The translations under genes and the position numbers were made by a program. A model generated the notes under the pieces. That model did no database searches, was not told the DNA's origin, and saw only the letters and a list, made by a program, of their open reading frames with translations. This document shows, piece after piece, positions 10,025 to 19,242 of a DNA stretch of 64,000 nucleotides. The stretch comes from a virus, in the UHGV virus genome UHGV-0039337. One strand, 5' to 3'. Each line of letters begins with the position of its first letter. Position 1 is the stretch's first letter.

Positions 10025-10489
10025 TTAATCCTCCTTCAAATTTTTAATATATTTATAAATCCACGTACATGTGAATTCATTAGCTTGATCAAAATATAAT
10101 TCATACTCATTCTGATATTTCTTTATTACAGAGAACTTAGCCATCTTTCTTATACATATTAAAGGATCTATTGTACAATAATCTTGAGTTTCTCCACTTC
10201 CTCCTAATCTAATAGAAGTACAGCCAAAATGTTTTATAATTTCATCAACTATTAGGGAAGCTTCAAAGATATTATTATAATATATTTTTTCTTCTTTTAG
10301 ATCCAATCTCATATCTGATAATTCTAGGTCTATATCTAATATTTCTATTAAGTATTTTTCAATTGCGTTTTTCATTTCTTCATTAGACATTGTGATTTTA
10401 TACATAATATTATTTGATATATTATCCAATGCTACTATAAGACTAGAATCTGTATAATCTATGTTATCTAATTCAACTTTAAAATTCAT
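10025..10489 (-). CDS. hypothetical protein (154 aa)
   Basis: ORF in minus-strand array. Confidence 0.5.
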   Translation of the reverse strand: MNFKVELDNIDYTDSSLIVALDNISNNIMYKITMSNEEMKNAIEKYLIEILDIDLELSDMRLDLKEEKIYYNNIFEASLIVDEIIKHFGCTSIRLGGSGETQDYCTIDPLICIRKMAKFSVIKKYQNEYELYFDQANEFTCTWIYKYIKNLKED

Positions 10490-10633
10490 ATTAATTCCTT
10501 TCTATAAACAAAAAATACCCAGAGTATAGGGGATTCTACTCTGGGCTTGTAAATAATTTTTACTATCGGGAGCGATAATAACAAATTGTAAATTATTTAT
10601 TTGAATATAATATATTACAATCAGCTTAATCAA

Positions 10634-11182
10634 TTACATATTATTGAATATTTTTTTATTTAAATCTTCTTCGGCTTTCTTAATTAATCTATTGTGTAAT
10701 CTGTTGTATATAGCACGACCATAATCCATTTCTTCTTTGTTGTATTTAAATACTTTAACTTCGAATAATTTAGTTTGATACCAGTTTATTTTAGTAAATA
10801 CTTCTTTGTATAATTGTACAAATATTCTCCATTGCTCAATTTCTTTAGTTGCCAAGATATTACCACTTTGAGTTTTGCCATTTTCTACCCAGAATTTATA
10901 CTTTCCAGTATTTATTTTACTATACAAAGAAGGATTAATATATATCTTTATTTGATTATAATCCTTCTTGTTTTCAATTATTTTAGATAAGTATCTATTA
11001 AGAATGTACAAAGCATTAGTGTCTTTGGCATATAATTCTGAATTAGTACATGGAAGTTTTTTACTAGTAAATCTTTCTAATGTACAATTAGCATAATTTT
11101 TAGCATCTTCTTTGCTATAACATGCAGTAAATATATTTCTTACATCACCATCAATTATAATGTTTTCAAATTTTTTATTCAT
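10634..11182 (-). CDS. hypothetical protein (182 aa)
   Basis: ORF in minus-strand array. Confidence 0.5.
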   Translation of the reverse strand: MNKKFENIIIDGDVRNIFTACYSKEDAKNYANCTLERFTSKKLPCTNSELYAKDTNALYILNRYLSKIIENKKDYNQIKIYINPSLYSKINTGKYKFWVENGKTQSGNILATKEIEQWRIFVQLYKEVFTKINWYQTKLFEVKVFKYNKEEMDYGRAIYNRLHNRLIKKAEEDLNKKIFNNM

Positions 11183-11204
11183 AAAATCCTCTCCTTTTAT
11201 TTAA

Positions 11205-11441
11205 TTAATATAATAAGTTTTCAGGCCATAGCCATTCTTTATTGTCTACATTTAATAAATATCTTTTAGTATCATTTCCTGCAAATCTTGCTATTACTAT
11301 ACTATACATACCTGCGTATTCTAACATTTCAGGAGTAATGTCTTCTCCATTATCTTTAAATTCTTGTAGATTTTCTACTATTTTTACTCTATCACCTATA
11401 TAATACATAAATATTTTAACACCTCCATATTTATTTTTCAT
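11205..11441 (-). CDS. hypothetical small protein in the HicB position but without HicB features; contains the YIGDRVKIV SH3-like motif (true start possibly the internal Met)
   Basis: Overlaps the HicA-like gene's 3' end by 11 nt. GDxVxV motif shared with the 37607/39102/40374 family. Confidence 0.45.
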   Translation of the reverse strand: MKNKYGGVKIFMYYIGDRVKIVENLQEFKDNGEDITPEMLEYAGMYSIVIARFAGNDTKRYLLNVDNKEWLWPENLLY

Positions 11442-11682
11442 ATAGAAACTGGGCCAGTTTTTCTCTACTAGACCCAGTTTGCTTTAATATTTTACTTACA
11501 GTACCTTGACATAGAGTACCTTTTTTATTCGGAACCGGCACGGATATACCTTTGTTATTTTTAAATATGATATGTGTACTATTAGAATGTCTAGTTTCTA
11601 CATATCCTATATGATTAAGGAATTTTCGTATATCTTTATATTTAATCCTTATCCTATTGTTTGTTTTAATGTTGTCACTCAC
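11431..11682 (-). CDS. hicA: HicA-like toxin (YcfA/HicA family mRNA interferase fold)
   Basis: TRHSNSTHIIFKNNKGISVPVPNKKGTLCQGTVSKILKQTGS matches the HicA pattern GSHH.F.....G..TVP.H..KDL..GTL..ILKQAGL. Confidence 0.65.
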   Translation of the reverse strand: MSDNIKTNNRIRIKYKDIRKFLNHIGYVETRHSNSTHIIFKNNKGISVPVPNKKGTLCQGTVSKILKQTGSSREKLAQFLYEK

Positions 11683-11694
11683 GATTATACAAAT

Positions 11695-11940
11695 CTATTT
11701 AACTGATTTTGCTATGCTCCCTTCATTTGCTTTATCTTCTAATTCTTTATGATATTTTCTCTTTTTAATTCTTGTTCCGTTTACTACTCTACATACTATT
11801 TCTTCTTCATGTTTATTTATATTTTCTTTGTGTCTTTCTGCTCTTTTTATAATGTCATTGCCTTTTCTTATTTGTTGTTTAGTTGGTTTTTGATTTTGTG
11901 TTCCTAAAGTTATTTTAGTTAATAGTTCTGAAAAATACAT
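11695..11940 (-). CDS. basic hypothetical protein (81 aa)
   Basis: ORF; K/R-rich. Confidence 0.45.
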   Translation of the reverse strand: MYFSELLTKITLGTQNQKPTKQQIRKGNDIIKRAERHKENINKHEEEIVCRVVNGTRIKKRKYHKELEDKANEGSIAKSVK

Positions 11941-11979
11941 ACATACATCATCCCTTCATTATTATAAAATATTTTTATT

Positions 11980-12063
11980 TGGAGCCAATAGTAGGAATTG
12001 AACCTGCATCTGTAAAGATAAAATAAATTATTTTTACCGTTCTTACAATTGAACTATATCGGC
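11980..12063 (-). tRNA. tRNA-like gene with an abnormally long (16-nt) anticodon-region loop; possible pseudo-tRNA or non-canonical tRNA
   Basis: Minus strand reads GCCGATA-TA-GTTC-AATTGTAA-GAAC-G-GTAAA-[AATAATTTATTTTATC]-TTTAC-AGATG-GCAGG-TTCAATT-CCTAC-TATTGGC-T-CCA. Acceptor, D arm, T arm (TTCAATT loop) and CCA are all recognisable. The anticodon stem GTAAA/TTTAC encloses 16 nt instead of 7. Confidence 0.45.
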
Positions 12064-12122
12064 AAAAAAAGACCACTTACTTTTGCTGTCCATAAAAGGT
12101 CAGGTTTTGTAAGTGGTTAAAA
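12064..12122 (-). terminator. 9-bp hairpin (ACCACTTAC...GTAAGTGGT) followed by T7 on the minus strand, immediately upstream of the tRNA-like gene
   Basis: Minus strand reads ...GTAAGTGGTCTTTTTTTGCC. Confidence 0.45.
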
Positions 12123-12184
12123 TTTAGGGGGTCTATTATGAAAAATACATTTATATAAACTCAGTTTACCAGACTGAGGATATA

Positions 12185-12235
12185 CCAAAAAAGTTAGCTG
12201 ATGGAAAACTAGAGGTGATCTAAAACCATCAGCTT
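12185..12235 (-). terminator. rho-independent terminator: 9-bp perfect stem AGCTGATGG/CCATCAGCT followed by a T6 run (minus strand)
   Basis: Minus strand reads AGCTGATGG-loop-CCATCAGCTAACTTTTTTGG. Confidence 0.55.
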
Positions 12236-12257
12236 TAAAAAAAGGGGGTTGTATTAT

Positions 12258-12301
12258 GCCGTCCTTGTGGAATCGAACCACGGCATGTACCTGTAGGACG
12301 G
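12258..12301 (-). other. tRNA minihelix-like element (7-bp acceptor-like stem closing a T-arm with canonical GGTTCGATTCC loop; no D or anticodon arms)
   Basis: Minus strand reads CCGTCCT-ACAGGTACATG-CCGTGG-TTCGATT-CCACA-AGGACGG-C. An adjacent 7-bp hairpin GTCCCAG...CTGGGAC lies at 12310-12336. Confidence 0.4.
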
Positions 12302-12396
12302 ATATTAAGGTCCCAGGTTTCTAAAGTTTCTGGGACATTAATTAATAAACTATTTTTAACTAAAAGAATTACTGCTCTAGATTAATAAATTAGTAA

Positions 12397-12816
12397 TTAT
12401 TTTTGTTCTTCAACAGGTTCTTTTTCAGGGTCTTCACCTGGATCGAAATTAACACCCATTAAAGGATATTCATCAGCTTGAGTTTCTCCAGTGTCTACTT
12501 TGATATTAGTTCTATTTAATTTTTCTGGAACTTTAGCTTCAGGATGTTCAGGAAGTTCTTTTTTAGGTTTATCGTAACGTTTAGCTTCTCCACCTTCCAT
12601 GCAAACATGAACATCGTATGGTCTTTCCATTTCTTGTGCTTTATCAGCTTCAGCTTTAGCTGGAAAATCTACATTTTTGTCTCCTTGCAACGTACCTCTT
12701 CTTAAATATAATTGTTCTTCATGTTGTGGTATTACTTTAGCTATAACTTCTTTATCATCTACCATATGAGTTATAACTAATCTACCTTTTTCGTCTCTTT
12801 TCATTGCCATTAGCAT
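12397..12816 (-). CDS. hypothetical protein (139 aa), noticeably GC-richer than neighbours
   Basis: ORF; P/E/K-rich C-terminus. Confidence 0.5.
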   Translation of the reverse strand: MLMAMKRDEKGRLVITHMVDDKEVIAKVIPQHEEQLYLRRGTLQGDKNVDFPAKAEADKAQEMERPYDVHVCMEGGEAKRYDKPKKELPEHPEAKVPEKLNRTNIKVDTGETQADEYPLMGVNFDPGEDPEKEPVEEQK

Positions 12817-12830
12817 ATCCTCCTTAAAAA

Positions 12831-13373
12831 TTAACTTTCTCTTTTATCAGTTCCTTTTTTGATTCCATATTGTCTACGCATAGACATTTCATAATCAAAT
12901 TTTAATAAAGCCGCTGGATCTTTGCTTGCTATTTTAGCACGCGATAAATTATAATTCCATAAATCTTCTTCTTCTTGTTGTTCATATTCAAATTCATCTA
13001 GGAATTTTCTTGCTCTAAAATCATTTATTTTATTAGCATAATTATTTATTTCTCTTATCTTTCTTGAAGTAAGATCTTCTGCAGCTACAGCTTTTTCAAA
13101 CACGTCTTCTATTGATTTAAATTTATTTAGTTTGGAAAGATCCTCTATTCCTGTAATGTTACAAGTCCCTCCGTTTTCATCTATATAATTATAAAATCTC
13201 TCAAAGTGTGTTTTTTCTTCTGCAGCATGCAATTTGAAATAAGAACTCATTCCTTCTAGATCCATAGAATCAAAATATGCGGCACCTGCTAAATAAAAAG
13301 TTTCATTAAATCTTTCATGATTCATATGATTATTTAGCATTTGTTCTAGTTTTTTATCTATCAATATCTCCAC
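12831..13373 (-). CDS. ferritin-like iron-storage protein (bacterial Ftn type)
   Basis: LEQMLNNHMNHERFNETFYLAGAAYF, HAAEEKTHFERFYNYI and FLDEFEYEQQEEE parallel E. coli FtnA motifs LNEQMNLELYSS, HAQEEMTHMQRLFDYL and FLQWYVSEQHEEE. Confidence 0.7.
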   Translation of the reverse strand: MEILIDKKLEQMLNNHMNHERFNETFYLAGAAYFDSMDLEGMSSYFKLHAAEEKTHFERFYNYIDENGGTCNITGIEDLSKLNKFKSIEDVFEKAVAAEDLTSRKIREINNYANKINDFRARKFLDEFEYEQQEEEDLWNYNLSRAKIASKDPAALLKFDYEMSMRRQYGIKKGTDKRES

Positions 13374-13426
13374 CTCATATAAAATTGATCTAATATTATA
13401 TTACGTATTAACAGTATATTATTACT

Positions 13427-13726
13427 TTAAATACCGCCATTATCTATAAAAGTATTAATTTTCTTTTCTAATGCTTTATGGTCATCGTAAGATATATACT
13501 TTGTGGTTTCTTCATTTTGAGTATTAGGAAATATGACAGGATAATATCCTTTTGATTTTGAATTATATGAAGTTATAGAATCTATAAACTGATTTATTAT
13601 CACTCTCAAAGATTCATGACACTCTTTACATATTTGTTTAGTAGTATATTGATTACTACTATTAGGATAGCTAAAATTGTATCTTTTATTGCAATCGACA
13701 CCACATATTTCACAAGTCACAGCCAT
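13427..13726 (-). CDS. zinc-finger hypothetical protein (99 aa)
   Basis: CEICGVDC...CKEC Cys pairs. Confidence 0.5.
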   Translation of the reverse strand: MAVTCEICGVDCNKRYNFSYPNSSNQYTTKQICKECHESLRVIINQFIDSITSYNSKSKGYYPVIFPNTQNEETTKYISYDDHKALEKKINTFIDNGGI

Positions 13727-13730
13727 TTAA

Positions 13731-14360
13731 TCACCTCACGTTAATATAATCTTTATTAGCTAAATTACTAGCATCATATAATATTTTATATAGTTTACTT
13801 TTCTTTGATTTTATGCAATTAAGAATATTTGTCCAATACATATTATATATATATTTGGTTTCTATATCTAAATTGTCATAATTATCTTTAAATAATTCAT
13901 CTAAAAGATTTGTGTCTATATTACGTATTATTGATGCTACTATTAATATATCATGTTCATTTTCTGTTAGTTCACGTGATTGAGATAATGCATGTGCTAT
14001 TTTTGTTGTAGCTATAAGATGTGTATTTTTTTCATTTAATATTTCTGATGTTTCTGATATTATATAACGAACAAATGTCTTAAATGATTTTTCTTTTAAT
14101 AGTTTTATTTCATTTTCAAAGTCATAATTATTATTTTCAGTATAATTTTTGTTTACTCCTGGTTCATATATAACTTCTGATTCGTCAAACATATCAATAA
14201 GTCTGTTAAGATACTTATACGGTATGGTCCATATTTTACCTTCATTTTTGTGATATTTTCTACCAGGAATTTTCTTTATTTTTCCAATAGTAAGTTCATC
14301 ATATTCTGCTTTTACTTTTAAGGTTTTTGGTTCCTTTTCGTATAAGGCTATTCTTATCAT
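13731..14360 (-). CDS. hypothetical protein (209 aa)
   Basis: ORF in array. Confidence 0.5.
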   Translation of the reverse strand: MIRIALYEKEPKTLKVKAEYDELTIGKIKKIPGRKYHKNEGKIWTIPYKYLNRLIDMFDESEVIYEPGVNKNYTENNNYDFENEIKLLKEKSFKTFVRYIISETSEILNEKNTHLIATTKIAHALSQSRELTENEHDILIVASIIRNIDTNLLDELFKDNYDNLDIETKYIYNMYWTNILNCIKSKKSKLYKILYDASNLANKDYINVR

Positions 14361-14371
14361 TAATTCACCTC

Positions 14372-14845
14372 CTATTTTATATTAATTTCTAATTCTTTAA
14401 AATTCATTACGTATTTATAATTGACTTTTAAATATTGTATTTGATTATTCCAATTATCTGCTGGTACTCTTTCTATTTCAAATGTTTTTAGATCTACTAA
14501 AAAACATTCTTTATCTTCATCAATAGCCTTTTTTTCATAATTTGCTACTGTTATTACTCCATAATAGTTATGAGTAAGATTATTTTTGACTATCATTCCG
14601 ACTATAAATTTATTTATGTCTGTTGTTGTTTTTTCTTTGGTATTTTGTTTTACTGCTTCTAATATTGGTAAGTCTAATATGTTTAATTTTAAATCTTTAT
14701 ATTCATCATTTATTGTAGTTTCAAATTCATTTTTTCTGTTAAGAGAATTAATGTTTAAAAATAAGAATTTCTCCCTATATTTTATAGTTATATAGGGAGT
14801 TTCATATAGGCTTCCATAAAATTTTACTATTTGTCCATGTTCCAT
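14372..14845 (-). CDS. hypothetical protein (157 aa)
   Basis: ORF in array. Confidence 0.5.
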   Translation of the reverse strand: MEHGQIVKFYGSLYETPYITIKYREKFLFLNINSLNRKNEFETTINDEYKDLKLNILDLPILEAVKQNTKEKTTTDINKFIVGMIVKNNLTHNYYGVITVANYEKKAIDEDKECFLVDLKTFEIERVPADNWNNQIQYLKVNYKYVMNFKELEINIK

Positions 14846-14980
14846 AATAATTGTCCGTCATTTAACACATTAGATACTACACCAAAAGAAAAGCCCGCAA
14901 TAGCTGAATCTATTACAGGCCCAAAAATCATATTCATACATAAATTTAATAATAAACTTAGCATATATATATTCACTCCT

Positions 14981-15355
14981 TTATTCTTCTATAGCTGTTA
15001 CTTTAAATGTACCTCTTAATGTTTGTATAACAGCTTTACCTTTACCTTTTTTTATTCTACTATATAATGTATCTCTATTAACTCCTATAGCTTTAGCTGC
15101 ATCTGCTCTACTACTATATACATAAGGAGTTCTATTATAATTAGCACCAGTAATATTTTGTACTTGAGTTTTCTTACGTGGATAAGGTATATATTCATGT
15201 TCATATACTTTTTCTTCTACTTCTGTTTTTGTGGTATTTTTTAATATATTATCTGGTATTTCATATATTACTTTTATTTTATTATTATCGATTATTTCTA
15301 TACTGTAAATATATTTACTTATATCAATATTATCTATTATTTTTTCTACTTTCAT
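14981..15355 (-). CDS. HTH DNA-binding protein (sigma-70 region-4-like C-terminus; possibly ArpU-type phage transcription regulator)
   Basis: C-terminal SSRADAAKAIGVNRDTLYSRIKKGK helix-turn-helix. Confidence 0.45.
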   Translation of the reverse strand: MKVEKIIDNIDISKYIYSIEIIDNNKIKVIYEIPDNILKNTTKTEVEEKVYEHEYIPYPRKKTQVQNITGANYNRTPYVYSSRADAAKAIGVNRDTLYSRIKKGKGKAVIQTLRGTFKVTAIEE

Positions 15356-15984
15356 TATTTGATTCCCCCTAGTTTAGCTTTTGCTTCTTTTAATCTATGA
15401 CAATCATCTAAATCTTGATGTTTAAATTCAAATCCTTTATAATATTTAGCAACTCTAAATACTCTTATTGTATTATTGTTTATATAAGCTCTTTTGCTTA
15501 TATATTTGTAAGCTTTTTCTTCTGAATCGTATAATCTAGTACATACAAATTTATTATCTTTATTGCTTAATGCAAATGCTATATAGCCTACAACTTCTTT
15601 ATGAGATCTTTGTTTATATAAATGCATATCTTCTTTATGCACTTTATTTAGAGTTTTTAATGCATTATCTAAACCAAATGCATTTGCTACATTTCCTTCA
15701 ATATCTTCTATTAAAAATACTCCATCATATTGATTAGTAGTTTTTTCTTTATTAACTATTACAGTTCTTATACCTTCTTTATTAAGTTTTCTTTGTTCTG
15801 TTAATGCTTTCTTTTCTGTACTATAAGTTCCATGTCTTTCTAACTTTTTAGTTTTATTATTCTTAACGAAAATCATATATTCTCTATTAGTTACAATCTT
15901 TTTAAGAGCGTCAGCTTTAACTGGTACACAGTATTCTATTTCTATAACATTTTCTTTTCTTTCTGGTTTAAATATTTTATTCAT
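15355..15984 (-). CDS. hypothetical protein (209 aa)
   Basis: ORF in array. Confidence 0.5.
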   Translation of the reverse strand: MNKIFKPERKENVIEIEYCVPVKADALKKIVTNREYMIFVKNNKTKKLERHGTYSTEKKALTEQRKLNKEGIRTVIVNKEKTTNQYDGVFLIEDIEGNVANAFGLDNALKTLNKVHKEDMHLYKQRSHKEVVGYIAFALSNKDNKFVCTRLYDSEEKAYKYISKRAYINNNTIRVFRVAKYYKGFEFKHQDLDDCHRLKEAKAKLGGIK

Positions 15985-16090
15985 ATCTTTTCTCTCCCTT
16001 ATTTTTAATATTTTTTTAACTCCATACTCATTTTATTAATTAGATATGCCGTATTTTCATATTTTAACCTCCATAAAAAAAGGTGGGGTT

Positions 16091-16513
16091 TTAACCCACC
16101 TTAATTCTTTTATTATAATACAATCTTAATCTGTTTAAATAATAAGTATATTCTTCACATTTACTATTCATTCTATATTGATTGATTATATATAAGTCTA
16201 TTTTGTTTCTGTTACAGATTGATACTATTTTTTGTACTTCTGATATTACTTTATCAGTATTGTGTTCTTTGTTAGTAAGCATAGGTAAAGAATCTATTAT
16301 AATAATATCTATAGATCCTGCTAACCTATTTGCTGCATCTTTAATAATTGATACATCATTACTATTAAGTATATACAAACTAGAATCTATTATATTGTCT
16401 TGTAGTTGAAAGTCTGCATTAACGTATAGGCACAATTTATTTTCTTTTTGTATTTTGTTTAAGATATAGCTACTTTTACCAACATCAGGATTACCGTATA
16501 TTTCATATATCAT
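16091..16513 (-). CDS. small P-loop NTPase (RecA/KaiC-like minimal ATPase)
   Basis: Walker A GNPDVGKSS and Walker B-like IIIIDSLP. Confidence 0.5.
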   Translation of the reverse strand: MIYEIYGNPDVGKSSYILNKIQKENKLCLYVNADFQLQDNIIDSSLYILNSNDVSIIKDAANRLAGSIDIIIIDSLPMLTNKEHNTDKVISEVQKIVSICNRNKIDLYIINQYRMNSKCEEYTYYLNRLRLYYNKRIKVG

Positions 16514-16674
16514 TTATCTATTATTATATCCTGGAAAATTTGATGGTCCTATTATGCCACCTCTGGCTCCTGGTTGCAATGTTTCTTTACTTTGTGTTTT
16601 TGCTAATTTAGTATTAGTTTTTTTGGTAGTAGCTTTCTTCTTTGTTTTAGTTTTACTTTTTTTAGATTTTGCCA
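16514..16674 (-). CDS. small very basic protein (53 aa, MAKSKKSKTKTKKKATTKK...)
   Basis: Not in the ORF track (<60 aa). ATG preceded by AGGAGA RBS. Lys/Thr-rich. Confidence 0.45.
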
Positions 16675-16686
16675 TAATAACATCTC

Positions 16687-16953
16687 CTATACGTATGATT
16701 CATCATCTTTATGTTTATCATAATATTCATCATATTCAGATATATACTTTAATGTTCCTGTATTATAATTGCTTAAAGCATATAGTTTATTGTCTGCGCT
16801 ATATTTTAATATATATACATTTCCATTTTCTGCTTCACCTACAACTTCTGATTCTCTTAATAGTCTTTGACATTCCACTACTTCTTCTGTTAATTCAATA
16901 GAACCATTGTTATATTGTTCTACTAACTCAAGCACTTCTTTTAAAGATTTCAT
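16687..16953 (-). CDS. hypothetical protein (88 aa)
   Basis: ORF in array. Confidence 0.5.
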   Translation of the reverse strand: MKSLKEVLELVEQYNNGSIELTEEVVECQRLLRESEVVGEAENGNVYILKYSADNKLYALSNYNTGTLKYISEYDEYYDKHKDDESYV

Positions 16954-17196
16954 ACTTATCTCTCCTTTAATAAAATATTTTTTATTTACTGTACATTATG
17001 TACATTACTAATATATATTATATTCAAAAGATAAGCTTAATCTTTTTAATTTTCCTTTCATTATTTTTTAATATTTATTTTTTACTCAATCTCCTTATTT
17101 TATGAGTCCCTACGGTGATCGACTAAACCGTAGGGATTTTTATTTGTCCATAATAATCACCACCATAAAAAAAATAAGCTGATAAATTATATCAGC

Positions 17197-18351
17197 TTAT
17201 AGAAAACCAATTGGTTTTGTTTCTTTATCTTTTTTATTTAGCATTTTATTTAATGTATGTGTTATATGCTCATAGTTAGTTTTTTTAGCTCCATGATCTA
17301 CTGCATATATACCAGCATGATTACAACAAGCAGCTATAAATGCTCCTGTTTTTTCTTCTGTTTGTTCTGCTAATGCTAAATAATCTATATCATCTTCATG
17401 TTTTAATTTTCCTACGTATAATTCAAATAATTTAATTCTTGATTCATAATTAGGAAGTGGTATATTTATTATTTTATCTATACGTCCTTCTCTTATTAAT
17501 GCAGGATCTAATTGTTCTTTTATATTAGTAGCACATATTACTATTATATTTTTTTCTGATGCAGTTGCCATACAATCAAGTAATTTATTTAATGCTGCTC
17601 TATATTCTTTATTTTCATCACTACTACTTCTTTGTACTCCTATGGCATCTATTTCATCTATAAATAAAACACCTCCACCTTCTTTGGCTAGGTCATCAAA
17701 TTCTTTACCTATACGTTTAGCACTATCGCCTACATATTTTTGTATTAAATCTGATGCTACTATGCCTTTATAATTCATATTAGTTTCATTTGCTATTGTT
17801 TTAGCTATTAGCGTTTTACCAGTACCTGGGCTTCCTTCTAATAATATACCAGCTGGTACGTCTACTCCCATTTCTAAATATTCGTCCATTCTTTTTACAA
17901 AGTTTATAGTGCTTAGTATATCTTCTTTTGTATCTTCTTCTAATATTACATTTTCAAGTTTACATTCTTGTATTTCTTTAGGTCCTTCTTTAGCTTTTTT
18001 TCTAGCTATTATTTCTTGCCATTTTTCATAAGCTCTAGGATATGTTTCAAAATGTGATACTATTACTCTCTTATTTGAGTCGTATTTGAAACTTAGTATT
18101 TGTCGTGTTAATCCCATACAACAATTTACTATTCTTATTTTTTCTAGATTACTCATTTCATCTTTATTGGTGAAACTGTTTGCTGTTAGATTATTAGACA
18201 TTACTACATAATCTGTTATAATAACGTCTTCTGTACTTTCTTCACTTAATACATATAAATTCATTGTCATTTGTTCAAAATTGACTGCTAACTCATATAA
18301 TAAGCCATCTACCAAATAATACTTAGTCCTTCTATTTTCTTTATCTTCCAA
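17197..18351 (-). CDS. AAA+ ATPase (classic AAA family: FtsH/CDC48/Vps4-like ATPase module without protease domain)
   Basis: Walker A GSPGTGKTLIAK, Walker B VLFIDEIDAIG, second region of homology ...ICATN...LDPALIREGRID. Confidence 0.8.
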   Translation of the reverse strand: MEDKENRRTKYYLVDGLLYELAVNFEQMTMNLYVLSEESTEDVIITDYVVMSNNLTANSFTNKDEMSNLEKIRIVNCCMGLTRQILSFKYDSNKRVIVSHFETYPRAYEKWQEIIARKKAKEGPKEIQECKLENVILEEDTKEDILSTINFVKRMDEYLEMGVDVPAGILLEGSPGTGKTLIAKTIANETNMNYKGIVASDLIQKYVGDSAKRIGKEFDDLAKEGGGVLFIDEIDAIGVQRSSSDENKEYRAALNKLLDCMATASEKNIIVICATNIKEQLDPALIREGRIDKIINIPLPNYESRIKLFELYVGKLKHEDDIDYLALAEQTEEKTGAFIAACCNHAGIYAVDHGAKKTNYEHITHTLNKMLNKKDKETKPIGFL

Positions 18352-18368
18352 TTTTACACCAACTCCTA

Positions 18369-18575
18369 TTATCTTTTTTCTATAGTAACAATAATATTAC
18401 TATTATCTAATAATGTTAAAGTAACATTATTGTTTTCTGAATATTTGAAATATTTTACATTCTTATTATAAGTAAGTTGATTGAAGCTATTAACACTTAT
18501 TTTATTATCATATGCTAATAGCTCTCTAATCATTGTAGTACTTAATTCAGTATAATTAACATTTTCTGTATTCAT
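18369..18575 (-). CDS. hypothetical protein (68 aa)
   Basis: ORF in array. Confidence 0.45.
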   Translation of the reverse strand: MNTENVNYTELSTTMIRELLAYDNKISVNSFNQLTYNKNVKYFKYSENNNVTLTLLDNSNIIVTIEKR

Positions 18576-18588
18576 ACATACACCACCT

Positions 18589-19242
18589 TTAATCTAATTC
18601 TAATCCTGTATTATCGAGCATTTCATGGAGAAATTTTGCTATATCTTTTAAAGATTCTCCATCATTTAATAGTTCTATAGCTTCATCAGCTAATTGTCTC
18701 ATTTGTTCGTCATAATCATGTAGTTCATTAATGTTAGTTTTAACGACTATAAATTTAGTAGCTAGATGTTTTTGATAGTAATATACTTGCAATATACGCA
18801 TATTATCTTTTAATATAGGGATAAGCTTGTTTTTAACATTCGTACAAGCTGCATAAGCTATTTCTTCATCTCCAGCTAAAAATATATCATGACTATCAGA
18901 AGATAAATGATAGGAATACTCTTTTTTTAATTGGTCATATGATATATTCATATCTATAGTTTTGCAATAAAGAATATCCTTTTCTTTTGGTGGATTATAT
19001 TGTTTATAGATATTTTCATTATTAAAGCTTTCTATAGTTATTATACTGTAAGTATTGTCGTCGTCATCATCTTCGTCATCGCTTCTATTTCTTTCTAAAT
19101 CTGCTTTATGAATCCATGCTGCAGTTTTTAAAGCATCTTCATAATCTTTAGTTATATAAACTATCTCTTCATTATCGTCAAAGTCGAAGTCGTCTATATA
19201 TGGATAGTATCTTCTTAATATATAATATTCGCTATTATTCAT
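18589..19242 (-). CDS. hypothetical protein (217 aa)
   Basis: ORF in array. Confidence 0.5.
   Translation of the reverse strand: MNNSEYYILRRYYPYIDDFDFDDNEEIVYITKDYEDALKTAAWIHKADLERNRSDDEDDDDDNTYSIITIESFNNENIYKQYNPPKEKDILYCKTIDMNISYDQLKKEYSYHLSSDSHDIFLAGDEEIAYAACTNVKNKLIPILKDNMRILQVYYYQKHLATKFIVVKTNINELHDYDEQMRQLADEAIELLNDGESLKDIAKFLHEMLDNTGLELD

Noticed and set aside
12121-12190. Possible additional tRNA suggested by a CTCAG-TCTGGTAAA-CTGAG hairpin with anticodon-loop-like CU-GGU-AA
   Set aside because: No T-arm (GGTTCRANYCC) or acceptor pairing could be built around it. Probably a plain hairpin.
12258-12301. Interpreting the tRNA 3'-half as attP of a temperate phage
   Set aside because: No integrase or recombinase is recognisable anywhere in the window. 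The element also contains the matching 5' acceptor strand, which attP cores do not need. Left as unresolved, not called attP.
16554-16901. Plus-strand 115-aa ORF
   Set aside because: Overlaps minus gene 16687-16953. The gap is better filled by the RBS-equipped 53-aa minus-strand gene 16514-16674.
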